58,943 bases of DNA from a virus (taxonomy: Duplodnaviria > Caudoviricetes): positions 1 to 58,943 of the IMG/VR virus record IMGVR_UViG_3300003887_000023. One strand, written 5' to 3'. The first letter of the stretch is position 1. Each line of letters begins with the position of its first letter. The notes below the pieces were generated by a model that ran no database searches, was not told where the DNA came from, and was given only the letters and a program-made list of their open reading frames with translations. Shown here one piece after another: positions 8,797 through 17,267 of the stretch. The translations under genes were made by a program, and so were the position numbers.

Positions 8797-9461
8797 TCGT
8801 CCTCGCCCGGACCCATGCCGTCGCCGCCGTCCTCAATGCGCCAGCCGCGGTCCCAGTGCGGCCGATTGACGTGTCCGTACGGAAATGGATTGCTGATGAT
8901 CGGGACGTCACCCTTGCGGGCTTGGCGACCCATCGCTTCGGCTTCCGCCGCCGTCACGTCGGGAACGGGCGTCTTAGGCGGCGTTGTCTTTTTCTTGCCG
9001 AGGGCGTCAGAGGTCTGCATCGGCTGCTCGATCACTTCGGTGACCGATACATTGCCGTCCTTGTCGCCGGTGAGGCGAATCGGGGTGCCGCCGCTTTCGA
9101 TCACGATCGACGTTCCGGGGGCGACGAATTTCTTAAGCGCCTCGATCACGGATTCGCGGGCGGTCAGATCGGCACTGACGAGCCCCATCAGACGAAACAG
9201 CGGCGCATCCGTCGCCATGCCCATGGCGTGCATGTAGAGATCGCGCAGCGTCTCGATCTCCTGCAGCTCGGACGGCTTCAACGTCCGCGCCTTGACGACG
9301 TAGCGGATTGCCTTCGGGATCAGCCCTTGCGCCTTGGCATCGGCATAGATCGCCGTGATGTTGTCGGCGTGCTGCTTCTTTTGCGCCTCTTCGTTTTCGA
9401 TCCGCTCGACAAAGCCGCGAAGCAATTCTCCGGCGAGCGTGTTCCGCCCCATCGCATTCAT
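8793..9461 (-). CDS. GapR/DUF2312-like nucleoid protein with C-terminal RMF-like motif
   Basis: LRGFVERIENEE...IYADAKAQGLIPKAIRYVVKAR...LYMHAMGM; tail AMGRQA...NPFP...WDRGW. Confidence 0.8.
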   Translation of the reverse strand: MNAMGRNTLAGELLRGFVERIENEEAQKKQHADNITAIYADAKAQGLIPKAIRYVVKARTLKPSELQEIETLRDLYMHAMGMATDAPLFRLMGLVSADLTARESVIEALKKFVAPGTSIVIESGGTPIRLTGDKDGNVSVTEVIEQPMQTSDALGKKKTTPPKTPVPDVTAAEAEAMGRQARKGDVPIISNPFPYGHVNRPHWDRGWRIEDGGDGMGPGEDD

Positions 9462-10069
9462 GTCGTCGTCTCCGGTTGTGAGGTCTTTGCTTGGCCCGAT
9501 GCGCGACCCGCATCGATCGCCGCCTGCATCAGCTTGTATGTGCGCGGCGCACTCTTTCCCTTCGACCAGTCGATACCGACTTCATCGGCCATCGACGCAG
9601 CGATTTCATCCCATCGTGCGACGAGGCCTGCCCAACCGGCGCCGTGTGCGGCCATCTCACCGATGCGCGGCGCCCATTCGGGGAACAGCGCCAGCAGGCG
9701 AAGGCACCGGCCGAGATCGTCCGGATCGTGCGGGTGACCCCAGCCCCAGGTGCGATCGACTTCGCCGCCGGTCATGTGCGCGGCAATGGCTTTCGACGAC
9801 ACGCCCGTGTCGCCAGACGTCAGCCACGATATGAGGCGCGCGGCTGCGTCCGGCACTTCGCCGGGCTTCGGCGGCGGGCAGTTATTCAAAAGGCGCCCGT
9901 CGTCCTGCTTCGCGATGCCAATGCCCTTCGTTGTGCCGCACATCGGGCACGCAGCCCGTTTGGTGAGCTTGGCGAATGTCTCGGCATCGATCGGCATGTA
10001 GGCTGCCGCCCAGCAGTGCGAACACTTCGGACATTGAACCCAGAACGGTTTGCGGGACTCATCTGCCAT
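9458..10069 (-). CDS. Hypothetical protein with Zn-ribbon
   Basis: CPKC...CPMC, then WLTSGDTGVSS...PHDPDDLGRCLRLL. Confidence 0.7.
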   Translation of the reverse strand: MADESRKPFWVQCPKCSHCWAAAYMPIDAETFAKLTKRAACPMCGTTKGIGIAKQDDGRLLNNCPPPKPGEVPDAAARLISWLTSGDTGVSSKAIAAHMTGGEVDRTWGWGHPHDPDDLGRCLRLLALFPEWAPRIGEMAAHGAGWAGLVARWDEIAASMADEVGIDWSKGKSAPRTYKLMQAAIDAGRASGQAKTSQPETTT

Positions 10070-10073
10070 CAGA

Positions 10074-10673
10074 TCATCCCTCCACTTCCTCCAGCACCAC
10101 ACCCTTGCCCCGCACGCTCTTGAGCATCAGCCCGATGGACGTGAGACGTTGGTTTGTGGCCGTGATGAATGTCGATAGCTGCGTATCGGCGGAGACCGTG
10201 CCGCCGCCGGGCCAGATCGCGTTTCTGATTTCAGCGCGATCGACAGGATGCGGCATCGCAGCGGCCGTGATGTCGACAATGGTCAATCCAGCGCCCGCAA
10301 GCGTGCACGTCCTGCCGTGGTAGGTGATGCGACCGGATGCCGTGTTGACCTTGACGGCGTCGGGCTCGGGTTGATCGGACTCGGGCTCGGGTGCGCCGGC
10401 CGGCGCCGCCTTCGGTGTGTCGAGGCGCTTCGGTTGCGGTGCCGGCTTCGGCGGCAGCGCGGGCAGGTCGTCCGATTCTGGTTTTGCAGGAGCTTCGATG
10501 TCGGCGGCTTTGACCAGCGCCAGGCAGCACGGCGGGAACGAGTCCCGCAGGCTTTCGTGATCGTCATACCAGATACATTCGATCCATCCGTCATGATCAT
10601 CGCTCTCACCTGCGACAACCATATTGGGGCTTTCGACCTTGAGTTTGACGATGGAGCCGGGTTCGAACGACAT
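10074..10673 (-). CDS. YodC/DUF2158-like domain fused to OmpR/PhoB-type winged helix
   Basis: FEPGSIVKLK..SPNMVV...CIWYD...SFP, Pro-rich linker, then VDRAEIRNAIW...LSTFITATNQRL...LKSVRGKGVVL. Confidence 0.65.
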   Translation of the reverse strand: MSFEPGSIVKLKVESPNMVVAGESDDHDGWIECIWYDDHESLRDSFPPCCLALVKAADIEAPAKPESDDLPALPPKPAPQPKRLDTPKAAPAGAPEPESDQPEPDAVKVNTASGRITYHGRTCTLAGAGLTIVDITAAAMPHPVDRAEIRNAIWPGGGTVSADTQLSTFITATNQRLTSIGLMLKSVRGKGVVLEEVEG

Positions 10674-10870
10674 CAGATCAGCCCCTTCTGACAGTCCGCG
10701 CACTGGTGCCGCCATTCATCGGAGGCTCGATCTTTCGATGGCTTCCAATGGGCGCGGCGAAGCACGTTGCGGGCGGATTCGAAATTGGATGTCTCGGTTT
10801 CCAGTGTCTCGCGGCAGCCCTCGCCGTCGCATTGAAAGACGATGTTGCCGTGGTCGTAGGTGATGCTCAT
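10673..10870 (-). CDS. Small Zn-finger protein
   Basis: CDGEGC...CADC. Confidence 0.65.
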   Translation of the reverse strand: MSITYDHGNIVFQCDGEGCRETLETETSNFESARNVLRRAHWKPSKDRASDEWRHQCADCQKGLI

Positions 10871-11064
10871 TCCACATGCCCTCCCCTGATGGGATCGATG
10901 GTGGGAAAGCGAATGATGTCGTCAGCTGCCATCGCTTCGGCGAGATGGTCCCAGTCCTGACCGCACCATTCGCAATGCCATCCGATCTTCTGTTCGGATT
11001 TGCGATCAACAACGGGAATGACGTGATCGGAGCCGCAGGTCGGGCACAGTTTGAGACCGCTCAT
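10867..11064 (-). CDS. Small Zn-ribbon protein
   Basis: CPTCGS...CEWCG. Confidence 0.65.
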   Translation of the reverse strand: MSGLKLCPTCGSDHVIPVVDRKSEQKIGWHCEWCGQDWDHLAEAMAADDIIRFPTIDPIRGGHVE

Positions 11065-11333
11065 GACGTAGGCGCCTCCGGAATATCGCAGCCCATGCGC
11101 CGTAAGCCGCTGGCGCGGAGGTCGCGCACGCGAAGCAATTCGGCGATGCCGAGATCACGGGCGGCGGCAGCGCCATCGCCGTGCATCTGCAAAGGCAGCA
11201 ACAGCGCATCGCCGTTATTCAAACCAGCATCGATCCGGATGATCCCGGAGATGTGGAGCGTCTTGATTGCTCGGTCGATGGACTCGATCTCGCGATAGAG
11301 GTCCGTCGCGTGCTTGACGTCGTCTTTGGTCAT
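11061..11333 (-). CDS. Hypothetical protein
   Basis: MTKDDVKHA...; ATGA-coupled. Confidence 0.6.
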   Translation of the reverse strand: MTKDDVKHATDLYREIESIDRAIKTLHISGIIRIDAGLNNGDALLLPLQMHGDGAAAARDLGIAELLRVRDLRASGLRRMGCDIPEAPTS

Positions 11334-12268
11334 GACTGCACCTCGGGAATTTCGTTCCACTCACGGCCATCAAGAAGACGGCCGGCGGCTTTCTTGCCGA
11401 CGCGATAGGACTGTTGACCGACGCAATCTCCGTCGCCGGGCTTCCACTCGCCCCATTGTTTAAAGAAGAACGGCACGCCGGCCGCCATGCATCGGTCGCG
11501 AAGATCACGCGCCCATTGGGGATGCATGGGGCGGGCATGTGATCCGGACTCACCGCCGACGATGACCCAATCGATCTTCGGAAAACAGCCTTCAAGCCGA
11601 TCTCTGCGCGGCTGCGATCCGGTCGGGTCGAATCCGTCAGGGCCGTACCATTCACTCAGCAGTCGGTAAGTTGCATCCGCTTTCGGTGTCAGATCGATCG
11701 GTCCTAACAGCGGCTCGCAACTCAGTCCGGCCCACGGAATGCCGAGTTTTTCCTTGAGCGCCAGCAAGCGCGGTACGTCGCGGTCTGCTTCGTCTTGGTT
11801 GGTGACGCTGATGATCAATCCGGCATGCTTTGGCCATGTCGTCCGGCCGATCGTAGCGAGGCGCTTTTCGATGGCGCTCACGCGCTTGGTGACGATCTGG
11901 ATTGTGATGCGGTTGCAGCGCTCGATCACGTCCCAAGCTTCGGCAAACCATTCGATGGGCACTTCCAGGTCGAACAGGTCCGACATGGACTGAATGAACA
12001 CGCGGCGCTTGAGCGGGATATTAAGGTGCGGCCAGCAGCAGGAGTCTGCGGCCCATTCGGAATAGTCGTTGTCGAGGCGATGCAGCAACGCGACCGCGCC
12101 CTTGATCTTGCGACGCGGCACGCCGACGCCCCAATGCTCGCCGCCAAAACGCTTCGCCTGCGTCTCGGCATAGCAGTGGTCACACCCCGGCCCGACCTTG
12201 GTGCAGCCCCACCAGAAATTAACGGTCGCATCCGTCCACTGGATTCCAGTCTTCTCACCCACGGCCAC
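11330..12268 (-). CDS. DUF5131 / phage Gp37-Gp68 family radical-SAM-like protein
   Basis: TGIQWTD...GCTKVGPGCDHCYAE, SMSDLF, TKR, SCEPLLG, WVIVGGESG, FFFKQWG. Confidence 0.92.
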   Translation of the reverse strand: MAVGEKTGIQWTDATVNFWWGCTKVGPGCDHCYAETQAKRFGGEHWGVGVPRRKIKGAVALLHRLDNDYSEWAADSCCWPHLNIPLKRRVFIQSMSDLFDLEVPIEWFAEAWDVIERCNRITIQIVTKRVSAIEKRLATIGRTTWPKHAGLIISVTNQDEADRDVPRLLALKEKLGIPWAGLSCEPLLGPIDLTPKADATYRLLSEWYGPDGFDPTGSQPRRDRLEGCFPKIDWVIVGGESGSHARPMHPQWARDLRDRCMAAGVPFFFKQWGEWKPGDGDCVGQQSYRVGKKAAGRLLDGREWNEIPEVQS

Positions 12269-12758
12269 CCTCCCCGATCACTGGCGGGAACATGACCGGC
12301 TGCCGATCGAAATCCCTCCCGGGCCGTTGCGCCTGGTGGACCATGTGCGGAACATCGCCATGGGGCTCGAGCATGGAATCCCCATCGACATCCGTATCGT
12401 TTGCCGTTGCGGCCAGGATGCCGAGATAGATGAGCCTGCAGACGATGACGACGAACCCGATCACGAAGAGCAGGCACGCGGTCGCGCCGACGATGAGGAT
12501 CGTCTTGATGACGTCGGCTTGGTCATAGGCGTTGATGATGGTGGGGCGCATGATGTTACGCCTCACCCTTTGCTGCCTCGCAAGCAAGGACACGGCGACG
12601 CTCTTGACGCGAGGCTCGCCGGAGTCATTCACCCAGGCAATGGTGCAGACGGACTCGGCTTTGACGAAGTCGGCGCGGCCGATGATCACGCGCTGAATCG
12701 TGCCGCCCGTGTCAGGCACAATCACGCGCTCGCGAAGCGCGAATCTCTGCCTTGCCAT
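12255..12758 (-). CDS. Hypothetical membrane protein
   Basis: Hydrophobic segment ILIVGATACLLFVIGFVVIV. Confidence 0.5.
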   Translation of the reverse strand: MARQRFALRERVIVPDTGGTIQRVIIGRADFVKAESVCTIAWVNDSGEPRVKSVAVSLLARQQRVRRNIMRPTIINAYDQADVIKTILIVGATACLLFVIGFVVIVCRLIYLGILAATANDTDVDGDSMLEPHGDVPHMVHQAQRPGRDFDRQPVMFPPVIGEGGRG

Positions 12759-12774
12759 TTGAAGCACCCCCGTG

Positions 12775-13200
12775 CTTTGCCGGATGAAGGTCCGGCGACC
12801 TACGCGATCAAACAAATGGGACGATTGAATCGGGTGGCGCTACCAGGGCATGAGCGGCGCACTCGCCGCGCCCTTCCCGATGACGTCACCGCCGAAGCTT
12901 GGACGCCATCACTTGACCCGGGCTGATGGTTGCTGGGCCTGCCACCCGAACTGAATTCGTAGGGAGGACCAGGACGCCGCCGGGCGATCCTCCCTTGGAA
13001 CAAGACGGGCGTCTTATCTGCCCTGCCTTCCGGAGCGTGGCCGGGGCTGGCGTCCCTGCTATGGAAACTGTGGGGAGGCGTTGCCACCTCCCCGGCCGGT
13101 CTCCGCGCCCCGGCTGCGCCTACTCGCAAGCCCAGCCGCCGCCGGCAATCCTTCTGGCCGGTGAGGTCGGTTTTGCCTTGCTTGCTTTCGCACGGGATAA
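12775..13200 (-). ncRNA. Putative structured non-coding RNA region
   Basis: No credible ORF. Several nested stems (e.g. 12830-12838/12941-12949 and 12961-12994) and GNRA loops on the minus strand. Confidence 0.35.
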
Positions 13201-13209
13201 GAATCTCGG

Positions 13210-13311
13210 TTACGGCTGCCGCCACAGCGGCACCATCATCAGCAGGCCGAACATCGCCAGCATGCCGATGAACATCACGATCGGCAGGCCATCGCCCATG
13301 GCTTCGATCAT
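13210..13311 (-). CDS. Small TM protein (33 aa)
   Basis: Manual: MIEAMGDGLPIVMFIGMLAMFGLLMMVPLWRQP; GAGG RBS. Confidence 0.5.
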   Translation of the reverse strand: MIEAMGDGLPIVMFIGMLAMFGLLMMVPLWRQP

Positions 13312-13326
13312 GTTGCAGTCCTCTGT

Positions 13327-13665
13327 TCACGACTCCCCCTTCTCGCCAGTGAGGAGATCGGCGTTGGTGAAGCAGTCGTCAGACGGAACCCATTTCAAAG
13401 AATTCACGGCATCGGCTTTGATCTGCGCAAGCTCGCGACGAAGCGCATTGAATTCGTTATTGGTGAAGCCGAGACGCGGGCGCAAAGCCCGAAGCGGGAT
13501 CGATGCTTCCGAGACCGTCTCGCCAATAACGCCGCCGTACCATTCCCGTGGAAGAGTGTAGACGCCGCCCGATGCATATGCCGGCGCCTCCTTCGCAGCG
13601 ATGATCGCGACAGGCGCCGCAACCGGTGCCACGCAGAGAAAGCGGAGGAATGAGCGACGGTTCAT
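13327..13665 (-). CDS. Hypothetical protein with twin-arginine-like N-terminus
   Basis: MNRRSFLRFLCVAPVAAPVA. Confidence 0.6.
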   Translation of the reverse strand: MNRRSFLRFLCVAPVAAPVAIIAAKEAPAYASGGVYTLPREWYGGVIGETVSEASIPLRALRPRLGFTNNEFNALRRELAQIKADAVNSLKWVPSDDCFTNADLLTGEKGES

Positions 13666-13916
13666 CGCGCAATGCCTCCGCACGCAAAGCCGGGATCATT
13701 TTTGAGGTGGCGCTTTATGCGAGCAAGAATGGCGTCTTCGACCGAACCGCTGACGTTGATAACCTGCACTGACGTGACTTCGCCCGCGAGCACTTGAATC
13801 GCCATGCCGATGAACAGCGCTTCGCTGTGCTCATTCTCGTTCGCCAGCCGGCTTTGGATGACGCGAAGCCGATCGACCAATTCGTTCTTGGTAATCTTCA
13901 CGAGGAAGTCGCTCAT
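13662..13916 (-). CDS. Hypothetical protein
   Basis: Coupled ORF. Confidence 0.6.
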   Translation of the reverse strand: MSDFLVKITKNELVDRLRVIQSRLANENEHSEALFIGMAIQVLAGEVTSVQVINVSGSVEDAILARIKRHLKNDPGFACGGIAR

Positions 13917-14149
13917 GCGTCACCGCCTTCCGCCGCAACGAACAGTCCCCTCGCGCGCATCTGTTCGGATACGGGAGGGCTGACATATCGACTGCGGTCA
14001 CGGCGCAAGCGGCCGGGCTTGATCTCGGTTGCGGTGTCGGTTCGCTCGATCCTCACGCACGGAAGAATGATCACGATCGCACCCGGGTGAGCGCGGGATA
14101 TGTTGTCGATACGGGCGGGGCGATGAGGAAAGGTGACGATGTTGGTCAT
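13913..14149 (-). CDS. Hypothetical protein
   Basis: MTNIVTFP...IVIILPCVRIER; coupled. Confidence 0.6.
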   Translation of the reverse strand: MTNIVTFPHRPARIDNISRAHPGAIVIILPCVRIERTDTATEIKPGRLRRDRSRYVSPPVSEQMRARGLFVAAEGGDA

Positions 14150-15222
14150 CGCTTCACCATCCGATTCGTGCGGCGCCCGCTGTCCATGTGGTTGACCAAC
14201 AACTGGTACAGCATGATCTTCGCCTTGCCGCCGGAGCCGGCGAGGTTGACGACGCGAGGATCGTTGATCGGGAACTTTGCCAGCTTGCGCCGATCGTCAG
14301 CGCACAGCGCAAGGACGTGGCCGCGCTCATCCCAGAACATCGGATGATCGGAGAACATCCGCGCAAGCTCGCTCAAAAAAGTACTTTTGAGCTGCGGTGC
14401 GGCGTGGCGATATTCAATCATCGACAGCGGCCAGCAATCATTAACGATCGAAAAGAACGTTTGGATGTTGGCGCGAAACGCTGCCAGCGACAGCACACTC
14501 GCTGAATGCATCAAGGTCTCGGCAACACCGTCGGCAGAAAGCGTCCCCATTTTGCCGATGTGCGCGTGCAACACCCGACATGTCTTGGCGAGCACCATTG
14601 CTTTCAGCAGCTCGCCCCGTTGCATGTTCTGTGACCAACAGACCTTTTTGAACAGAGGAAATTCGCGGCTGTTGTGGCACAGGCCGAACAACGTCAAAAC
14701 CGCCGGATTGCGATCCTTCATGTTTCGCAAGTGGTGATCCGACGACACCTTGCGGACGTTTTTGTTGAGATTGTCGAAGCGTTCACGCTCCCACGCTTCC
14801 GTCGTACCGAAATGCACCATGGCGAAGATGCGCACCGGCAGGTCCGGGATCATTTCGAGAATGCGTTGAGCCGTTCCGAGCCGCTGCCATCCGTCGATGA
14901 TGAAGGCCGGTGACTTGATGATGTAATCGGCACCGTCACTGACGAAGTCCTGACCGCGCACGCCGATGTCGATCGTCGGCGGCACCGTGCCGGACTTGAT
15001 GGCTTCGTAGATGTCGGAGCGGTCGCTGAGCGAGCGCTGATAGTTGTCGTCGACTTTGAGGAAGCGGAACGTGCTCGGATCAATGCGGCCAACCAGGATG
15101 ATGCCGCCCGGCGACATCGGATCGTCGTCAAGCGCGCCGTTGATGATGCGCACATGCGCTGGCATACGGGTATCAAGACGTGATGCCGTGGGGCGATCGA
15201 AAGACATGTCAGTCGCCAGCAT
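14146..15222 (-). CDS. ParB/Srx-superfamily (DGQHR-like) protein
   Basis: VDDNYQR...FIIDGWQRL...WERERFDNLN motifs; GGAGG RBS before 15222. Confidence 0.65.
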   Translation of the reverse strand: MLATDMSFDRPTASRLDTRMPAHVRIINGALDDDPMSPGGIILVGRIDPSTFRFLKVDDNYQRSLSDRSDIYEAIKSGTVPPTIDIGVRGQDFVSDGADYIIKSPAFIIDGWQRLGTAQRILEMIPDLPVRIFAMVHFGTTEAWERERFDNLNKNVRKVSSDHHLRNMKDRNPAVLTLFGLCHNSREFPLFKKVCWSQNMQRGELLKAMVLAKTCRVLHAHIGKMGTLSADGVAETLMHSASVLSLAAFRANIQTFFSIVNDCWPLSMIEYRHAAPQLKSTFLSELARMFSDHPMFWDERGHVLALCADDRRKLAKFPINDPRVVNLAGSGGKAKIMLYQLLVNHMDSGRRTNRMVKR

Positions 15223-15979
15223 TGTCCGTGCCCTCCCATGCATTCTTGAATTCGACGAGCCACGCCGTCACGGCGGGAAGCCGGTCAGCGATCACGATGG
15301 CGTCGTCGGTGCCGCGAAAGTAGGCCGCGACCTCGCGAGCCGGCGGCAGCCCCGTCAAAAGGCTGATCGCTTCGCGCACGCGCTCGCACACGGCGCTGCG
15401 GCCAAGTCGCACGCGCGGCGACGTCTCCGGATCGGCGGGCTTTACCGTCGTGGCGACGGCGCGGCGCACCTTGGCGCGCGTAGGTTCCTCGCCCTGTTCG
15501 ATCGCATCGTTGAGCGTGCGCGCGACGATGCCGGGCTCGACTTCCTCCGCATCGCGAATGATGCGGGCTTCATGGACGTCCTTGCGGGAAAGGCCAAGGT
15601 CGCGAGCCGTCGCCGGCAGGTGTTCCGCATCAGAACTTCTGCTATGCCCTCCGCCGATCTCGCCAAGCTTGGCGACCTCGCCCCGCTCTTGCGCGGCGTC
15701 GTATTCGTCGGCAAGACGGCGCTTCGCCTGACTCTCAATCAAGAGCGCGTCGGCCTGGGATCGATGAGCGGCGGCAATCAGACTGTCCGCGGCCTGCTTC
15801 GCCCGGCCAAACCGCGCTGCCCGCTTGGCGGCATCGTAGGCGACGGCGGCGAGGTCGCGGGCCTCCAGGACTTCCGCCGACGTGCGGGCGCTCTTGAGCA
15901 CCGACACGGCGCGGTCGATCAACGCCGGCAGTGAGGCAACGGCGTTCTCGGCAGAAACGATCGAGAGGGCTGCGGTCAT
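15209..15979 (-). CDS. Helical/HTH protein resembling the MT-A70 N-terminal domain
   Basis: ADALLIESQAKRRLADEYDAAQERG...PATARDLGLSRKDVHEAR; ATGA-coupled. Confidence 0.75.
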   Translation of the reverse strand: MTAALSIVSAENAVASLPALIDRAVSVLKSARTSAEVLEARDLAAVAYDAAKRAARFGRAKQAADSLIAAAHRSQADALLIESQAKRRLADEYDAAQERGEVAKLGEIGGGHSRSSDAEHLPATARDLGLSRKDVHEARIIRDAEEVEPGIVARTLNDAIEQGEEPTRAKVRRAVATTVKPADPETSPRVRLGRSAVCERVREAISLLTGLPPAREVAAYFRGTDDAIVIADRLPAVTAWLVEFKNAWEGTDNAGD

Positions 15980-16395
15980 CGCTTCGCCTTCCTCTGCTCG
16001 ACTTCGCGCAGCATCTCGCGCGCCTGCTTTTCCTTGGCGGCGAGTTCGAGGTCTTCGTAGGTCTCGGTCCACCAGGGCGCGGTCGCGCCGGACATGGCGA
16101 GTTTTAGGAACGGCTCGCCGACGATGCTGCGCATCATCGAGAGGTAGACCGGCAGCGTGAACGTCTGCTGGCGAGCGACGATCCGCTGCGCCGAGCGGAT
16201 GTCGACGCCGCCGTGCATGGCGATGTGCAGAGCGGCGGCGCCGCGGGCGGGCCATAGGCGCAGACAGAGGCGGCGGACCTGCTCGTCAAATGCGACATCC
16301 TTGTCGCTACCCCTGGGGGCGACGTCGCTTTGCATGACGACCTTGTCGCCTCGCCGATTTGCCCGCCCGAAGAGATCGCGGCACTGTTCGTTCAT
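15976..16395 (-). CDS. Hypothetical protein (CII-like position)
   Basis: GGAGG RBS; possible HTH (AAALHIAMHGGVDIRSAQRIV). Confidence 0.6.
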   Translation of the reverse strand: MNEQCRDLFGRANRRGDKVVMQSDVAPRGSDKDVAFDEQVRRLCLRLWPARGAAALHIAMHGGVDIRSAQRIVARQQTFTLPVYLSMMRSIVGEPFLKLAMSGATAPWWTETYEDLELAAKEKQAREMLREVEQRKAKR

Positions 16396-17267
16396 GCGGC
16401 GGCCCTCCCCCGCGTATCGCTGAAACCGCCGCTTCCCGCAGCGAATTGGGTGAGGGCTGCCGCAACCAGATTCAGGGAGGACGCAATGAAGCCCTTCGAC
16501 CCAACACTGATCATCACCGGCGCCGACATGGTCGACGTGTTCCTGCTGGCGATGTTCGTCGGAATGGTGTGGCTGCTGGCGGTGCTGCCGCATGAGCGGC
16601 GGGAGGCGTGATCGATGCTGTTCGGGCCGATGCGCTTCACGACCGCAATCGTTGAGCCGACCGAAGCGGGTGATCTTGCGATGGCGATCATGGCGCCGCT
16701 GCCGGCGCCGTTCGATCGGTTGACAACGTGCGTGGCAATCTTGACCTGCTCGCCTGAAGCTGCGCAGTCTCTCTGCGCTGCCGTAGCGGCAGGTTCCGCC
16801 GAAATCGATAAGCGGCCACAAGGGGATGCGTGAAATGCGCGAGCCCCTTTTACGCACCAGATCGCAATCGGATTTGTTCGGGTTCCGACATCCGGCAAGT
16901 TGCTACCGCTTTTCACAGTGCGGAAATGCCCTGGTGCGGCTGTTGCACGTTGGACGTGCCAATATCCCTGCACGAAACTCAAATCGGGACAGGGGAAGTT
17001 GCAATGGCGCGTATGGCAGAGACGACAAGCGTTCCGATCGTGCAGCAGGGTCCGCTGCCGGTTTTCTTTGTGACGGGATTGGTCGCCGTCGACGCAATGG
17101 CCGAATACATCAGCCTGACGTTCTGTACGGATCAGGCATGGGGACGATCGACGATCGCCGAAAGAGAAATGGCAGTGCGGCTGATTGTGCCGCGGTCGGA
17201 CTTCGCCACCATGCGAGCGCAGATCATCGCGAAGCTCGACAAGCTGATGGTGGCGGCCGGGTGTCAT
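16392..17267 (-). CDS. 291-aa ORF coupled to cro and to the next gene, antisense to three plus-strand genes
   Basis: ATGA overlap with cro stop, GGAGG RBS, ATGA overlap with the downstream start; no recognisable domain. Confidence 0.4.
   Translation of the reverse strand: MTPGRHHQLVELRDDLRSHGGEVRPRHNQPHCHFSFGDRRSSPCLIRTERQADVFGHCVDGDQSRHKENRQRTLLHDRNACRLCHTRHCNFPCPDLSFVQGYWHVQRATAAPGHFRTVKSGSNLPDVGTRTNPIAIWCVKGARAFHASPCGRLSISAEPAATAAQRDCAASGEQVKIATHVVNRSNGAGSGAMIAIARSPASVGSTIAVVKRIGPNSIDHASRRSCGSTASSHTIPTNIASRNTSTMSAPVMISVGSKGFIASSLNLVAAALTQFAAGSGGFSDTRGRAAA
16486..16611 (+). CDS. Small TM protein (41 aa)
   Basis: GGGAGG RBS; MKPFDPTLIITGADMVDVFLLAMFVGMVWLLAVLPHERREA. Confidence 0.55.
   Translation: MKPFDPTLIITGADMVDVFLLAMFVGMVWLLAVLPHERREA
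16615..16833 (+). CDS. Hypothetical protein
   Basis: GGGAGG RBS; follows previous ORF. Confidence 0.5.
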   Translation: MLFGPMRFTTAIVEPTEAGDLAMAIMAPLPAPFDRLTTCVAILTCSPEAAQSLCAAVAAGSAEIDKRPQGDA

